Assembly (NCBI GenBank): GCA_963702475.1
Contig: CAVPCT010000004.1
Coordinates: 416,001 to 480,000, forward strand
Origin: an uncultured Thermoleophilia bacterium
Lineage (GTDB): Bacteria > Actinomycetota > Thermoleophilia > UBA2241
Direction: 5' to 3'
Length of the DNA stretch: 64,000 nucleotides
Part shown: positions 1 to 8,722 of the stretch, piece by piece
Position numbering within the stretch: the first letter of the stretch is position 1
How the letters are laid out: every line of letters begins with the position of its first letter
The notes under the pieces: generated by a model
The model's input: only the letters and a program-made list of their open reading frames with translations
The model's database searches: none
Told to the model about the DNA's origin: nothing
Program-made: the position numbers and the translations under genes

Positions 1-909
1 GTACATGAGGAACAGCGTGAGCGCCAGGGCCGGGATACCGGTGAGCGGGCGCACGAGGGCGTCGCCCAGCCGGCGGCGGAAGCTGTGGCCCAGGTCCGGC
101 TGGCTGACGACCTGGGCCAGGACGTCGTTCACGCGACGACGCCTGTCCATGTAGACGTCGTCGCGCAGGCCCGAGGACTCAAGCCCGTGGCGTGCCGTCA
201 CCACGGGGTCGTCCTCAAGGGCCAGCAGGGCGGCAGGGCGGGAGCCTCCGGTCTGCGCCGCGAGCGCCGCCAGGCGCTCCTGCAGGCCCGGGTCGGAGAC
301 GCCGGGCTCGGCGGCGTCCAGGGCGCGGCGCACGTCACCGAAGCCCGCGCCGGTCGGCGCCACCGTCGGCACGACGGTCACGCCGAGCAGGGAGGAGAGG
401 CGCTCGGCGTCGATGTGCACGCCCTGCGCCTCCGCCTCGTCCATCATGTTCAGCGCGACCACTACCGGGATGCCCATGTCGATGACCTGCTGCGTCAGGA
501 ACAGGTCGCGCTCGAGGTGCACGGCGTCCACCACGTTCACGAGAGCGTCGGCTTCCAGGACGATGTCCCGAGCCACGGTCTCCTCGTCGTTGAACGACGA
601 GACACCGTAGATGCCGGGCGTGTCCAGCACCACGTCGTCGCCCATCCGCCCGCTGGAGACCGCCACAGTCGTCCCCGGGAAGTTCGAGACGTCCACGTAC
701 AGACCCGTGAACGCGTTGAAGAACAGCGACTTGCCGACGTTGGGGTTGCCGACCAGGACGACCTTGCGGGCGCCGGCCGGGGCGTGGACGGTCTTCGTAC
801 CGCAGCACGTCGCGGCGGCGGACAGGTCCCTCGCCTGCGCCGCCCCGGTCGCCGTGTCGCCTCCGCCATCCCTCCTCGCCGGCCGCTCGGCGAGCTCCGC
901 GGGCGTCAT
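1..909 (-). CDS. feoB: Ferrous iron transport protein B, N-terminal GTPase part; runs off the left edge
   Basis: Manual translation from ATG 909 (ATGA overlap with feoA stop) gives G1 GNPNVGKS, G2 NFPGTT, G3 DTPG, G4 NMMD, then a first TM helix. Absent from the ORF track because there is no stop in the window. Confidence 0.95.
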   Translation of the reverse strand, partial: MTPAELAERPARRDGGGDTATGAAQARDLSAAATCCGTKTVHAPAGARKVVLVGNPNVGKSLFFNAFTGLYVDVSNFPGTTVAVSSGRMGDDVVLDTPGIYGVSSFNDEETVARDIVLEADALVNVVDAVHLERDLFLTQQVIDMGIPVVVALNMMDEAEAQGVHIDAERLSSLLGVTVVPTVAPTGAGFGDVRRALDAAEPGVSDPGLQERLAALAAQTGGSRPAALLALEDDPVVTARHGLESSGLRDDVYMDRRRRVNDVLAQVVSQPDLGHSFRRRLGDALVRPLTGIPALALTLFLMY

Positions 910-1133
910 GCGGACGCCACTTCTTCGACGCGGATACGGCGCGCCAGCCCGCGTCCCAAGCAGATCTCCTGGCGGCAGTGATGCACGAGCACGGGCCCGA
1001 GTGGCAGCGTCTCGGCGGAGTCGATCACGGCGCCTTCACCGATGCCGAAGCGCGTGCACTGCGCGCGGCAGGTGTCGTCTTCTATGCAGAGGATCCGCAC
1101 ACGGCGGCCACGCTTTGCGTCGAGGAGGGTCAT
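906..1133 (-). CDS. feoA: Ferrous iron transport protein A
   Basis: MTLLDAKRGRRVRI...RFGIGEG...PLGPV...ICLGRGLARRIRVE FeoA pattern; GGAG 5 nt before ATG 1133; directly upstream of feoB. Confidence 0.92.
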   Translation of the reverse strand: MTLLDAKRGRRVRILCIEDDTCRAQCTRFGIGEGAVIDSAETLPLGPVLVHHCRQEICLGRGLARRIRVEEVASA

Positions 1134-1142
1134 GCAGGCTCC

Positions 1143-1201
1143 GTTAGGTTTGCCTAACATACACAGTTAGGTGAGGATAACGGCACATCGCGGGGTGTCA
1201 A
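1143..1201 (-). promoter_or_regulatory. feoAB promoter with two DtxR/IdeR-like operator palindromes
   Basis: GTTAGGTTTGCCTAAC (1143-1158) and GTTAGGTGAGGATAAC (1166-1181) resemble the DtxR/IdeR core TTAGGTTAGCCTAA. Minus-strand TTGACA (1201-1196), 16 nt, TATCCT (1179-1174). Confidence 0.75.
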
Positions 1202-1416
1202 GTTGACGCTGGTCAAGCCGGGTGCGGCGAGTCCCGGGCCTGCGGCCGGGGACCAGGCCCGCGGATCGCGCTCGTCCTCACGGGCCGGCGCGTCTTTCGG
1301 TCCTTGTCCCGCTCCGGCGCTGGTGGGACGATTTCCCGAAGGGCAGAGGTCCGGCGAGAGCGCAGGAGGAGACAAACACGAGCCATCAGCATCGTGGAAA
1401 GCGTGAGGATCGCGTA

Positions 1417-2787
1417 GTGAGCCCCGGCGGGAGCGGGCCGGTGCCGCTCGACCACGCCTGCAACGAGCTCTTCTGTACGCCGGATCCGGCGGCGGATCTG
1501 GGCTTCGCCCCGCCGCCCGACATCGCCGCCGACGCCCGTGCGCACGGGGTCGCCTCGTTCTTCGGCGACCTGTTCTCGCGCGAGTTGCTGCGCTACCTCG
1601 GTCCGGGCTTCATCGTCACCATCGGCTTCATCGACCCCGGCAACTGGGCGACCAACATCGCCGGCGGCTCCGAGTTCGGCTACACGCTGCTGTGGGTCGT
1701 CTCGCTGAGCACCCTCATGCTCATCTTCTTGCAGCACCTCTCGGCGAAGCTCGGCATCGTCACGGGCCACTCGCTTGCCGCCAACATCCGCGCCAAGCTC
1801 CCGAAGCCGGTCGTGTGGCTCGCCGGGGTGACCATCGTGCTCGCCTGCATGGCCACCGACCTCGCCGAGTACCTCGGCGCTGCGCTCGGCTTCTACCTGC
1901 TCTTCGGCCTGCCGCTCTGGATCGGCGCCCCTCTCACCGTAGGGATCGTCTTCGTCGCCATACTCGGGCAGCAGTACCATCGCCTCGAGCGCATGATCGT
2001 CGTGTTCCTCGCCGTGATCGCCGCCTGCTACGTCGTCGAGCTGTTCCTGGTCCATCCGGACTGGGCGGCTGCGGCGCCCCGGTGGGTCATCCCGTCCGTG
2101 GACGGCGCGAGCATACTCCTCGCGCTCGGCATGCTGGGGGCCATCGTGATGCCGCACAACATCTACGTGCACTCCAACGTCATCCAGTCGCGCGACTGGG
2201 ACCTTGCGCCGGAGCGCCGCCGCCGGCTCATGAACTACGAGTTGATAGACACCAGCCTGGCCATGGGCATGGGTTGGCTGGTGAACTCCGCGATGATCAT
2301 CGTGGCGGCGGCGGTCTTCTTCACGGCCGGTGTGACCGTGACCAGCATCGAGCAGGCCTCCGAGACGCTGGAGCCGCTGGTCGGCCCGCTCTCACAGTTC
2401 CTCTTCGGCATCGCGCTGCTTTTCGCGGGCGTCGCGTCGTCGGTCACGTCGTCGCTCGCCGAGGCCAACGTGGTCACCGGCTACCTGGGCAAGCCTGAGG
2501 ACCCTCGCAGCCGCGCCTACAGGATCGGCCTGGTCGTGACGTCGCTCCCCGCCATGTTCGTGATCGCTCTGGGGGTGGACTCGTACAAAGCGCTCATCGT
2601 GAGCCAGGTGCTCCTCAGCATCCAATTGCCGTTTACCATCGTCCCGCTGCTCTGGCTGTCCCGCAGCAAGCGGGTCATGGGCGGGTACCGTATGAACGTC
2701 CCGCAACTGCTGGTCGGCATCGCCCTTGCGGCGGTCATCATCGGTTTGAACGTGTACCTCCTCTACCAGCTCTTCTTCGGAGACTGA
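1417..2787 (+). CDS. mntH: NRAMP-family divalent metal (Mn2+) transporter
   Basis: LGPG..IGFIDPGNW and GAIVMPHNIY NRAMP signatures; about 11 TM segments. Start uncertain (GTG 1417 chosen; ORF open from 1222). Confidence 0.92.
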   Translation: MSPGGSGPVPLDHACNELFCTPDPAADLGFAPPPDIAADARAHGVASFFGDLFSRELLRYLGPGFIVTIGFIDPGNWATNIAGGSEFGYTLLWVVSLSTLMLIFLQHLSAKLGIVTGHSLAANIRAKLPKPVVWLAGVTIVLACMATDLAEYLGAALGFYLLFGLPLWIGAPLTVGIVFVAILGQQYHRLERMIVVFLAVIAACYVVELFLVHPDWAAAAPRWVIPSVDGASILLALGMLGAIVMPHNIYVHSNVIQSRDWDLAPERRRRLMNYELIDTSLAMGMGWLVNSAMIIVAAAVFFTAGVTVTSIEQASETLEPLVGPLSQFLFGIALLFAGVASSVTSSLAEANVVTGYLGKPEDPRSRAYRIGLVVTSLPAMFVIALGVDSYKALIVSQVLLSIQLPFTIVPLLWLSRSKRVMGGYRMNVPQLLVGIALAAVIIGLNVYLLYQLFFGD

Positions 2788-2788
2788 C

Positions 2789-3214
2789 ATGGGCATCTAC
2801 GAGCGCATCCTCGTGCCGGTGGAAGGGACCGAGACGGACGGCCCGGTGCTGGAACACATCGCCGGACTGGCTTCCCTTTGCGGAGCCGAGGTCACGCTTC
2901 TGCGCGTGGCGCATTACCACACGCGCGACGAGCGCACGTGCGAGCTCGAAGACGCCGAGGCCGACCTGGAACGCGCCGCGGAGGTGCTGCGCGGCCGCGG
3001 CGTCACCGTGCGCACACTCATCGCGCACGGCGAGCCCGCGGAGGTCATCCTGGCGCAGGCGGCCGAGCTGAAACCCGACCTCATCGCCATGGCGACGCAC
3101 GGGCATGGGTGGGCCAAGCGCATCGTGCTGGGAAGCGTGGCCGACCACGTCCGTCATAACAGCGACGTCCCGTTGCTGCTGATCAAGCGTCGCGGCACAG
3201 AGACCACTGCCTGA
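2789..3214 (+). CDS. Universal stress protein (UspA family)
   Basis: IYERILVPV...DLIAMATHG...LGSVADHVRH..VPLLLI; 1 nt after the mntH stop. Confidence 0.93.
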   Translation: MGIYERILVPVEGTETDGPVLEHIAGLASLCGAEVTLLRVAHYHTRDERTCELEDAEADLERAAEVLRGRGVTVRTLIAHGEPAEVILAQAAELKPDLIAMATHGHGWAKRIVLGSVADHVRHNSDVPLLLIKRRGTETTA

Positions 3215-3320
3215 CAGTCTCGCCGACGCCCGGCTCTGCGGGCGGCACGGCGGCAGCACCGGCAGGCTGGGGCCCACGGATCGGCGGCTGGGAAGCGGCC
3301 GGCCGATATACTCACCCGAC

Positions 3321-4091
3321 ATGCACAGGCTCGCCCTCTTCGACATCGACTGCACGCTGATCGACGCGCACGGCGCCGGCGGCCGCGCCATCATGCACGC
3401 CATCCGCGACGTGTACGGCGTCGACGGCGAGCTCGGCGACTACAGCTTCCATGGGCGCACCGACCCCGGCATCATCCGCGACCTGGCCGACCTGTGGGGG
3501 GCGGCCGACCCCGAGGCCGTCGTCGGCCGTTACGAGGGTGAGACGCAGCCGCAGGTGGTCCACGACCTGGCGGAGCGGCTGGGCACGCCTGCCGACGTCA
3601 TCGACGCTCGCGTGGAGGAGTGCATCGCGCACTACCTCGCGCTGCTCAAGGACGAGGTCGCCCGAGGGCGCATCGAGCTCCTGCCCGGCGTCGCGGAGCT
3701 CGTCAGGGCGCTCGCAGGGGACGAGCGCGTGACGCTCGGCCTGCTCACCGGCAACGTGGCCGAGGGGGCCCGCATCAAGCTCGAGCCGACGGGCCTCTGG
3801 CCGTGCTTCGAGGTGGCCGCCTTCGGCTCGGACTCGGGCTTTCGTCCCGATCTGCCCGCGGTCGCCGTCGCCCGCGCGCAGGAGCTGACCGGGCGCCGCT
3901 TCACCGGCAGGGAGGTCGCTGTGATCGGCGACACGCCGGCCGACGTGGAGTGCGGCGCCTCGCTCGGCGTCAAGGCCATCGCCGTGGCAACCGGCCGGCA
4001 CGGCGTCGAGGAGCTCGCGGCGCACCATCCCGACCACCTGTTCGACGACTTCAGCGACTGGCGCGCGGCGTACCGGGCCATCCTGGCCTGA
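3321..4091 (+). CDS. HAD-family hydrolase (phosphoglycolate phosphatase-like)
   Basis: LFDIDCTL, LLTGN and VIGDTPADV motifs; TATACT at 3307-3312 just before the ATG. Confidence 0.9.
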   Translation: MHRLALFDIDCTLIDAHGAGGRAIMHAIRDVYGVDGELGDYSFHGRTDPGIIRDLADLWGAADPEAVVGRYEGETQPQVVHDLAERLGTPADVIDARVEECIAHYLALLKDEVARGRIELLPGVAELVRALAGDERVTLGLLTGNVAEGARIKLEPTGLWPCFEVAAFGSDSGFRPDLPAVAVARAQELTGRRFTGREVAVIGDTPADVECGASLGVKAIAVATGRHGVEELAAHHPDHLFDDFSDWRAAYRAILA

Positions 4092-4172
4092 CGGGTCCGC
4101 GCGCCGGCGCGTCCTCGTCCACGCGCGGCCGGCAGAAGGTCCGCGCACAGCGGGCCGCGCTCTCTCACACGC

Positions 4173-4215
4173 CTGACCGCACGCTCACTCCCCGCACACA
4201 CGTCCAGGCCACACT
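4173..4215 (+). promoter_or_regulatory. Putative PHO-box promoter 1
   Basis: CTGAC 4173, CTCAC 4184, CACAC 4195 (11-nt period); CACACT starts 15 nt after the last unit (4210). Confidence 0.5.
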
Positions 4216-4264
4216 CCTCTCGTTCGCGCGGCGCAGCCGCGAAGCTCCCAGGAGGTCGATCGAC

Positions 4265-4804
4265 GTGGACGAGACTGTGGCTGCGGCCGGCGGACCGCGG
4301 CGCGCAAGCGGCGACGCGGGGGACGCGAAGCGGCTCGCCTTCGTGACGGCCGCCACCGGTGAGCTCTCCCGCGGATGGCCCGAGGCCCCCGCGCCGTTTT
4401 CCGACGACCCTCACTGCAGCTCGACAGGACCTGCGCGTACGCACGGTCGTGCCCTGCCCGCCTGCCCGACGGTCCCGATCCTGAGGACGGGGCATGCTTC
4501 GGCGCCCGACAGGAGCGCCCCGGCTGCGCGGCGGTCTCGGGCCGTAGTCCGCCACCTGCCTGCCTCGACGCGCGGTCTGGTCGTGAGCATGCTGTTCCTG
4601 GCCGTCCTCACGACGTGTGCCGCGCTCGCGGTCGCCGCGTTCATTGCTCCTCCGCGGCCGGCGGGAGCTGACTCGTCATCGTCCCTTCAGCGGGAGCGTA
4701 CGCCCCTTTCACGAGAACCTCACACGCGTCGCTCATCCGGCTCACCGGTCCCTAACGGAGGCGGACAAGACTCGCGGCAGACGCCGCCGGGGGCGGCGCT
4801 TTGA
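4265..4804 (+). CDS. Hypothetical single-TM protein
   Basis: AGGAGG at 4250-4255, GTG 4265, one hydrophobic helix (GLVVSMLFLAVLTTCAALAVAAFI). The 3' part overlaps the next promoter, so the end is uncertain. Confidence 0.4.
   Translation: MDETVAAAGGPRRASGDAGDAKRLAFVTAATGELSRGWPEAPAPFSDDPHCSSTGPARTHGRALPACPTVPILRTGHASAPDRSAPAARRSRAVVRHLPASTRGLVVSMLFLAVLTTCAALAVAAFIAPPRPAGADSSSSLQRERTPLSREPHTRRSSGSPVPNGGGQDSRQTPPGAAL
4708..4772 (+). promoter_or_regulatory. Putative PHO-box promoter 2
   Basis: TTCAC 4708, CTCAC 4719, CTCAC 4741, CTAAC 4752; AAGACT at 4767 (+15). Confidence 0.65.
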
Positions 4805-4827
4805 CCCGTGAAAGGAGACACCAGGAG

Positions 4828-6522
4828 ATGAAGAACCGGCGCACGAGGACGCTGCGACGCACAGTGGTGATCGCGGTGGCCGCCGCAGCGACCACCCTCA
4901 TGCTGGCCGCCTCAGCAGGCGCGGCCGTCAAGGAGCTCACGACGCAGTCACCCGTCAAGCAGAGCCCGACCACCGGCAAGTGGCTGTCCGGCGACCTCCA
5001 CACCCACACGTGGCTCACGGACGGCAAGAACACGCAGATCGAGGTGCTCCGCAACGCCTTCGAGTTCGGTCTCGACTACTTCGCCAACTCCGAGCACGGC
5101 GGACAGTACAACGGTGTCCCGAGCGGGCTGACCACGTTCGTGTCCCCCGTGTGGCGGTGGCTGACGCTCACCGACTACTCCTTCCCCATCATTCTGGACG
5201 CCCGCTCGCTCTATCCCGAGAAGCAGCTGATCCAGGGCGTCGAGTGGAACGTGCCGACCCACGAGCACGCCAGCGTCGGCATCGTCGGTCCCGGCAACGA
5301 GCCGTACGGCATCAGCGTCTTCGAGTATCGCTTCGACGCGAAGGACACCGACACGAGCCGTGCCGGCGAGGCCCAGAAGGAGGTCTCGCACACCGAGACC
5401 GACACCGCCGGACACCCCGTCAAGGTCGTCGACCTCCCGGCCGTGTCCATGGACAAGCTCAACATGAGCCAGAGCGACATGCTCTCCGCCGTCAGGTGGC
5501 TCGACGAGAACTACAGCAGCGACGCATACATGCTGGTCAATCATCCGTCGCGCGCCCAGAAATGGCACGTGGGCGACTTCCGCGCCCTCAACGACGCCTC
5601 CCCCGAGGTCTGCTTCGGCATGGAGGGCCTGCCGGGTCACCAGCCCGACCTCTACGGCCGTGGCGGGTACGACTACGACTTCGAAGACCCGGCAGTGGAG
5701 GCGCGGGCGCGCACCTACGGCGGCGCCGACTGGATGACCGCCAAGGTGGGAGGCCTGTGGGACTCTCTCCTGGGTGAGGGGCGCAACTGGTGGATCGTGA
5801 ACAACAGCGACTACCACCGCTACTCGACGAACTACAGCTCCGGCGGTGCCTTCTACGCGACGCAGTACTACGATTTCTGGCCGGGCGAATACAACAAGAC
5901 CTGGACGTACGCCACCGACATGACCACCCAGGGCGTCGTCACCGCCGCACGGTCGGGCAACGCCTTCGTGGTGAACGGAGACCTGATCGACGGGCTCTCG
6001 TTCAAGGTCGCGGACGGCAAGAAGACCGCCACCATGGGCGAGACTCTCAGCACCTCCCGTGGCAAGACCGTCACCGTCACCGTGTCGTACACGTCACCCA
6101 AGATGAACAACAACGGCGACCCGGTCGAGGTGGACCACATCGACCTGATCGTGGGGGACGTCACCGGCCCCATCAGCCCGCTGAGCCCCGACTACGCCAC
6201 CAAAGAGACCAACAGCTCCACCAAGGTCCTCACTACCTTCTCGACCTTCAAGCAGAAGAACGGCAGGATGACGGCCTCGTTCAAGGTCCCGATCGCCGGG
6301 TCCATGTACCTCCGCCTGCGCGGCACCAATCTGGCGGCGAACACGCCGAACCAGACCGATGCCCAGGGCAACCCTCTGGTCGACACGCTGACGTACAGCG
6401 ACGTGCCGAACCCGGACCCGAAGGCCGCAGCGACGACCCCCACCATCCGCGGCAACCTCCCGGCGATGTGCTGGGAGGACCTGTGGTTCTACTCCAACCC
6501 GATCTACATCAGCACGCCCTGA
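4828..6522 (+). CDS. Secreted PHP-domain metallo-phosphoesterase
   Basis: Signal peptide ending ASAGA; PHP metal motifs GDLHTHT, SEH, EWN..HEH, NHP, NSDYH; C-terminal FYSNPIY. Confidence 0.8.
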   Translation: MKNRRTRTLRRTVVIAVAAAATTLMLAASAGAAVKELTTQSPVKQSPTTGKWLSGDLHTHTWLTDGKNTQIEVLRNAFEFGLDYFANSEHGGQYNGVPSGLTTFVSPVWRWLTLTDYSFPIILDARSLYPEKQLIQGVEWNVPTHEHASVGIVGPGNEPYGISVFEYRFDAKDTDTSRAGEAQKEVSHTETDTAGHPVKVVDLPAVSMDKLNMSQSDMLSAVRWLDENYSSDAYMLVNHPSRAQKWHVGDFRALNDASPEVCFGMEGLPGHQPDLYGRGGYDYDFEDPAVEARARTYGGADWMTAKVGGLWDSLLGEGRNWWIVNNSDYHRYSTNYSSGGAFYATQYYDFWPGEYNKTWTYATDMTTQGVVTAARSGNAFVVNGDLIDGLSFKVADGKKTATMGETLSTSRGKTVTVTVSYTSPKMNNNGDPVEVDHIDLIVGDVTGPISPLSPDYATKETNSSTKVLTTFSTFKQKNGRMTASFKVPIAGSMYLRLRGTNLAANTPNQTDAQGNPLVDTLTYSDVPNPDPKAAATTPTIRGNLPAMCWEDLWFYSNPIYISTP

Positions 6523-6650
6523 CGGGCGGCTGACCTTCAGCCCCCCTCAGCGGGTCGCGCGGGGCCGGTGTGCGTGAGCCGGCCCCGCGCGCCGCGCCCC
6601 TCGGGGTCGGTCGCGGGACCGCGCACAGGACCGGGCCGCGGAATCCTCTG

Positions 6651-7910
6651 TCAGCCGAACCGCCGCGGTGAGAGCGGCGAGAGGTCCAGCGAGGGTGAGC
6701 GGCCCCCGGCGAGCTCGGCCACGAGCCGGCCGGTCACCGGCCCCAGCGACAGGCCGAGCATGCAGTGGCCGCTCGCGACGATGACCCGCTCGCGCCGCGG
6801 CACGCGCCCGACCACCGGCAGGCCGTCGGGCGTGACGGGCCGCGGCCCGCGCCAGAGCCGCGCCACCGGGCCGTCGGCAGGGATGCCCATCACGCGCTCG
6901 CCGGCCAGGCGCAGCCGCTGCACGCGTTCCCGGCGGATGCGCATGTCCCACCCGGCCAGCTCGAGCGAGCTGCCCAGGCGCAGCCGGTCGGCGAGCGGCG
7001 TGAGGACGGTCCAGGAGTCAGCGAGGTAGAGCGGCAGCTCGGGGAAGTCCGCCGGTCGGGCCACGTCTACGCTGTAGCCCTTGGCCGGCTCGATGGGCAG
7101 CGACAGACCCAGGGTCGCCGTGAGGGACGGCGTCCACGCCCCGGCGGCGAGCACGACCTGCTCGGCCACGAGGTCGCCCGCGGTCGTGAGCACGCGCACG
7201 CCGCCGGGGTCGGGCTCGACGGCGAGGACCTCGGCTCCGGTCCGCACCTCGGCGCCGTCGCGCGCGGCGCGGGCGGCCACGGCGCGCGTGAAGAGCGCCG
7301 GGTCCATGTGTCCGTCCTCGGTGTACCTGATGCCTCCCGCGAGCCGGCCGCGCGTCGCCGGGTACAGGGTCCTCACCTCGGCTTCGGAGAGCACGTCGGC
7401 GCGCACGCCGAGCGCCTTGGCGGCCTCGAGCTCCTCGAGCGCCTCGGCCCAGCCGACATCGCTCTCGTACATCTGCACCACACCGTCGTGGTGGTACGCC
7501 CAGCCCTCGCCGCCTTCGGCGGCGAGGGCGTCATGAAGCTCGGCGCTGGCCGTGTGCAGCGAGCGCAGGACGGGCGCGGAGGCCGCCGCGCGCGCAGGCG
7601 TGGCGGCGGCCCTGAACAGCCAGAGCCAGCGAAGCAGCGCCGCGTTCGGGCGCGGGGCGATGTAGAATGGACTGGAGCTGTCCAGGAGCCAGCGCAGCCC
7701 CCGGCCGAGAGCGCCGGGCGAAGCCAGAGGGACGCAGTCGCTCGGCACCAGCAGGCCGCAGTTGGCGTAGGCGCCGCAGGCCGGCGGGGCTATCTCCGAC
7801 TCCCGCTCGAGCAGCGTGACGGCGGCGCCGGCGGCCGCCAGCGCCTGGGCGGCGCAAGCCCCGACGGGCCCGCCGCCCACCACCACGATCTCCTTGCGCT
7901 CGTCCCTCAC
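6651..7910 (-). CDS. FAD-dependent D-amino acid dehydrogenase/oxidase (DadA/DAO family)
   Basis: VVVGGGPVG Rossmann motif, ANCG, PAKGYS, GPRPVTPDGLP, GHCMLGLSLGP. Start at 7910 or 7955. Confidence 0.88.
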   Translation of the reverse strand: MRDERKEIVVVGGGPVGACAAQALAAAGAAVTLLERESEIAPPACGAYANCGLLVPSDCVPLASPGALGRGLRWLLDSSSPFYIAPRPNAALLRWLWLFRAAATPARAAASAPVLRSLHTASAELHDALAAEGGEGWAYHHDGVVQMYESDVGWAEALEELEAAKALGVRADVLSEAEVRTLYPATRGRLAGGIRYTEDGHMDPALFTRAVAARAARDGAEVRTGAEVLAVEPDPGGVRVLTTAGDLVAEQVVLAAGAWTPSLTATLGLSLPIEPAKGYSVDVARPADFPELPLYLADSWTVLTPLADRLRLGSSLELAGWDMRIRRERVQRLRLAGERVMGIPADGPVARLWRGPRPVTPDGLPVVGRVPRRERVIVASGHCMLGLSLGPVTGRLVAELAGGRSPSLDLSPLSPRRFG

Positions 7911-7950
7911 TCGTCGCCTTTCCGCCGCCGGCAGCCAGGTGGCCGTCCCG

Positions 7951-7982
7951 CTCACTTAGTTCTAACATCGAATGGCTAGACT
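7951..7982 (+). promoter_or_regulatory. Putative PHO-box promoter 3 (phoPR autoregulation)
   Basis: CTCAC 7951, CTAAC 7962; TAGACT at 7977 (+15). Confidence 0.65.
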
Positions 7983-8014
7983 CGCTCGCCGGAACCCCCG
8001 GAAGATCATGGACG

Positions 8015-8722
8015 GTGACTGTGGCCAGAGAGACGGTGCTCGTCGTCGACGACGAGCGCGACATCCTCGAGCTCGTCAAGTACAACCTCGACAAAGAGGG
8101 CTACCAGGTCACGACGGTCGCCACAGGTGAGGACGCACTCCTCGCCACCCGCAGCAAGATGCCGGACATCATCGTCCTCGATCTCATGCTGCCGGGCGTG
8201 GACGGTCTCGAGGTGTGCCGCCGGCTCAAGGTCGACCCCAAGACGAGCGACATCCCCATCGTCATGCTCACCGCCAAGGGTGACGAGGCCGACATCGTCA
8301 CGGGCCTGGAGCTCGGCGCGGCCGACTACGTCACCAAGCCGTTCAGCCCGCGCGTGCTCACGGCGCGCATACGCGCCGTGCTGCGCCGGGGCGAGTCCGG
8401 CGAGGCCACCGCCTCCGTCATCCACGTCAAGGACCTCGCCATCCACCCCGGCCGCCATCAGGTGACCGTGAGGGGCGAGCCGGTGGATCTCACGGCCAGC
8501 GAGTTCCGCATCATGCTGTTCCTGGCCAAGCGCCCCGGATGGGTGTTCACTAGACAGCAGATCGTGGACGCCTCCCAGGGAGACGACGTGTTCGTGAACG
8601 ACCGCTTCGTCACCGATCGTTCCGTCGATGTGCACATGGTGTCTCTGCGTCGGAAGCTCGGAGAGGCCGGCTCGTACATCGAGACGGTGCGCGGCGTGGG
8701 GTATCGGCTGCAGGACCAGTGA
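8015..8722 (+). CDS. phoP: OmpR-family phosphate regulon response regulator (PhoP/PhoB)
   Basis: REC domain (VVDDE, LDLMLP, KPFSP) plus winged helix (ETVRGVGY); next to phoR and the pst genes. Confidence 0.88.
   Translation: MTVARETVLVVDDERDILELVKYNLDKEGYQVTTVATGEDALLATRSKMPDIIVLDLMLPGVDGLEVCRRLKVDPKTSDIPIVMLTAKGDEADIVTGLELGAADYVTKPFSPRVLTARIRAVLRRGESGEATASVIHVKDLAIHPGRHQVTVRGEPVDLTASEFRIMLFLAKRPGWVFTRQQIVDASQGDDVFVNDRFVTDRSVDVHMVSLRRKLGEAGSYIETVRGVGYRLQDQ

Noticed and set aside
1166-1300. GTTAGGTGAGG resembles the 5' end of the M-box (ykoK) riboswitch upstream of mntH
   Set aside because: The downstream conserved M-box segments are not visible, and the sequence is better explained as a DtxR-type palindrome over the feoA -10.
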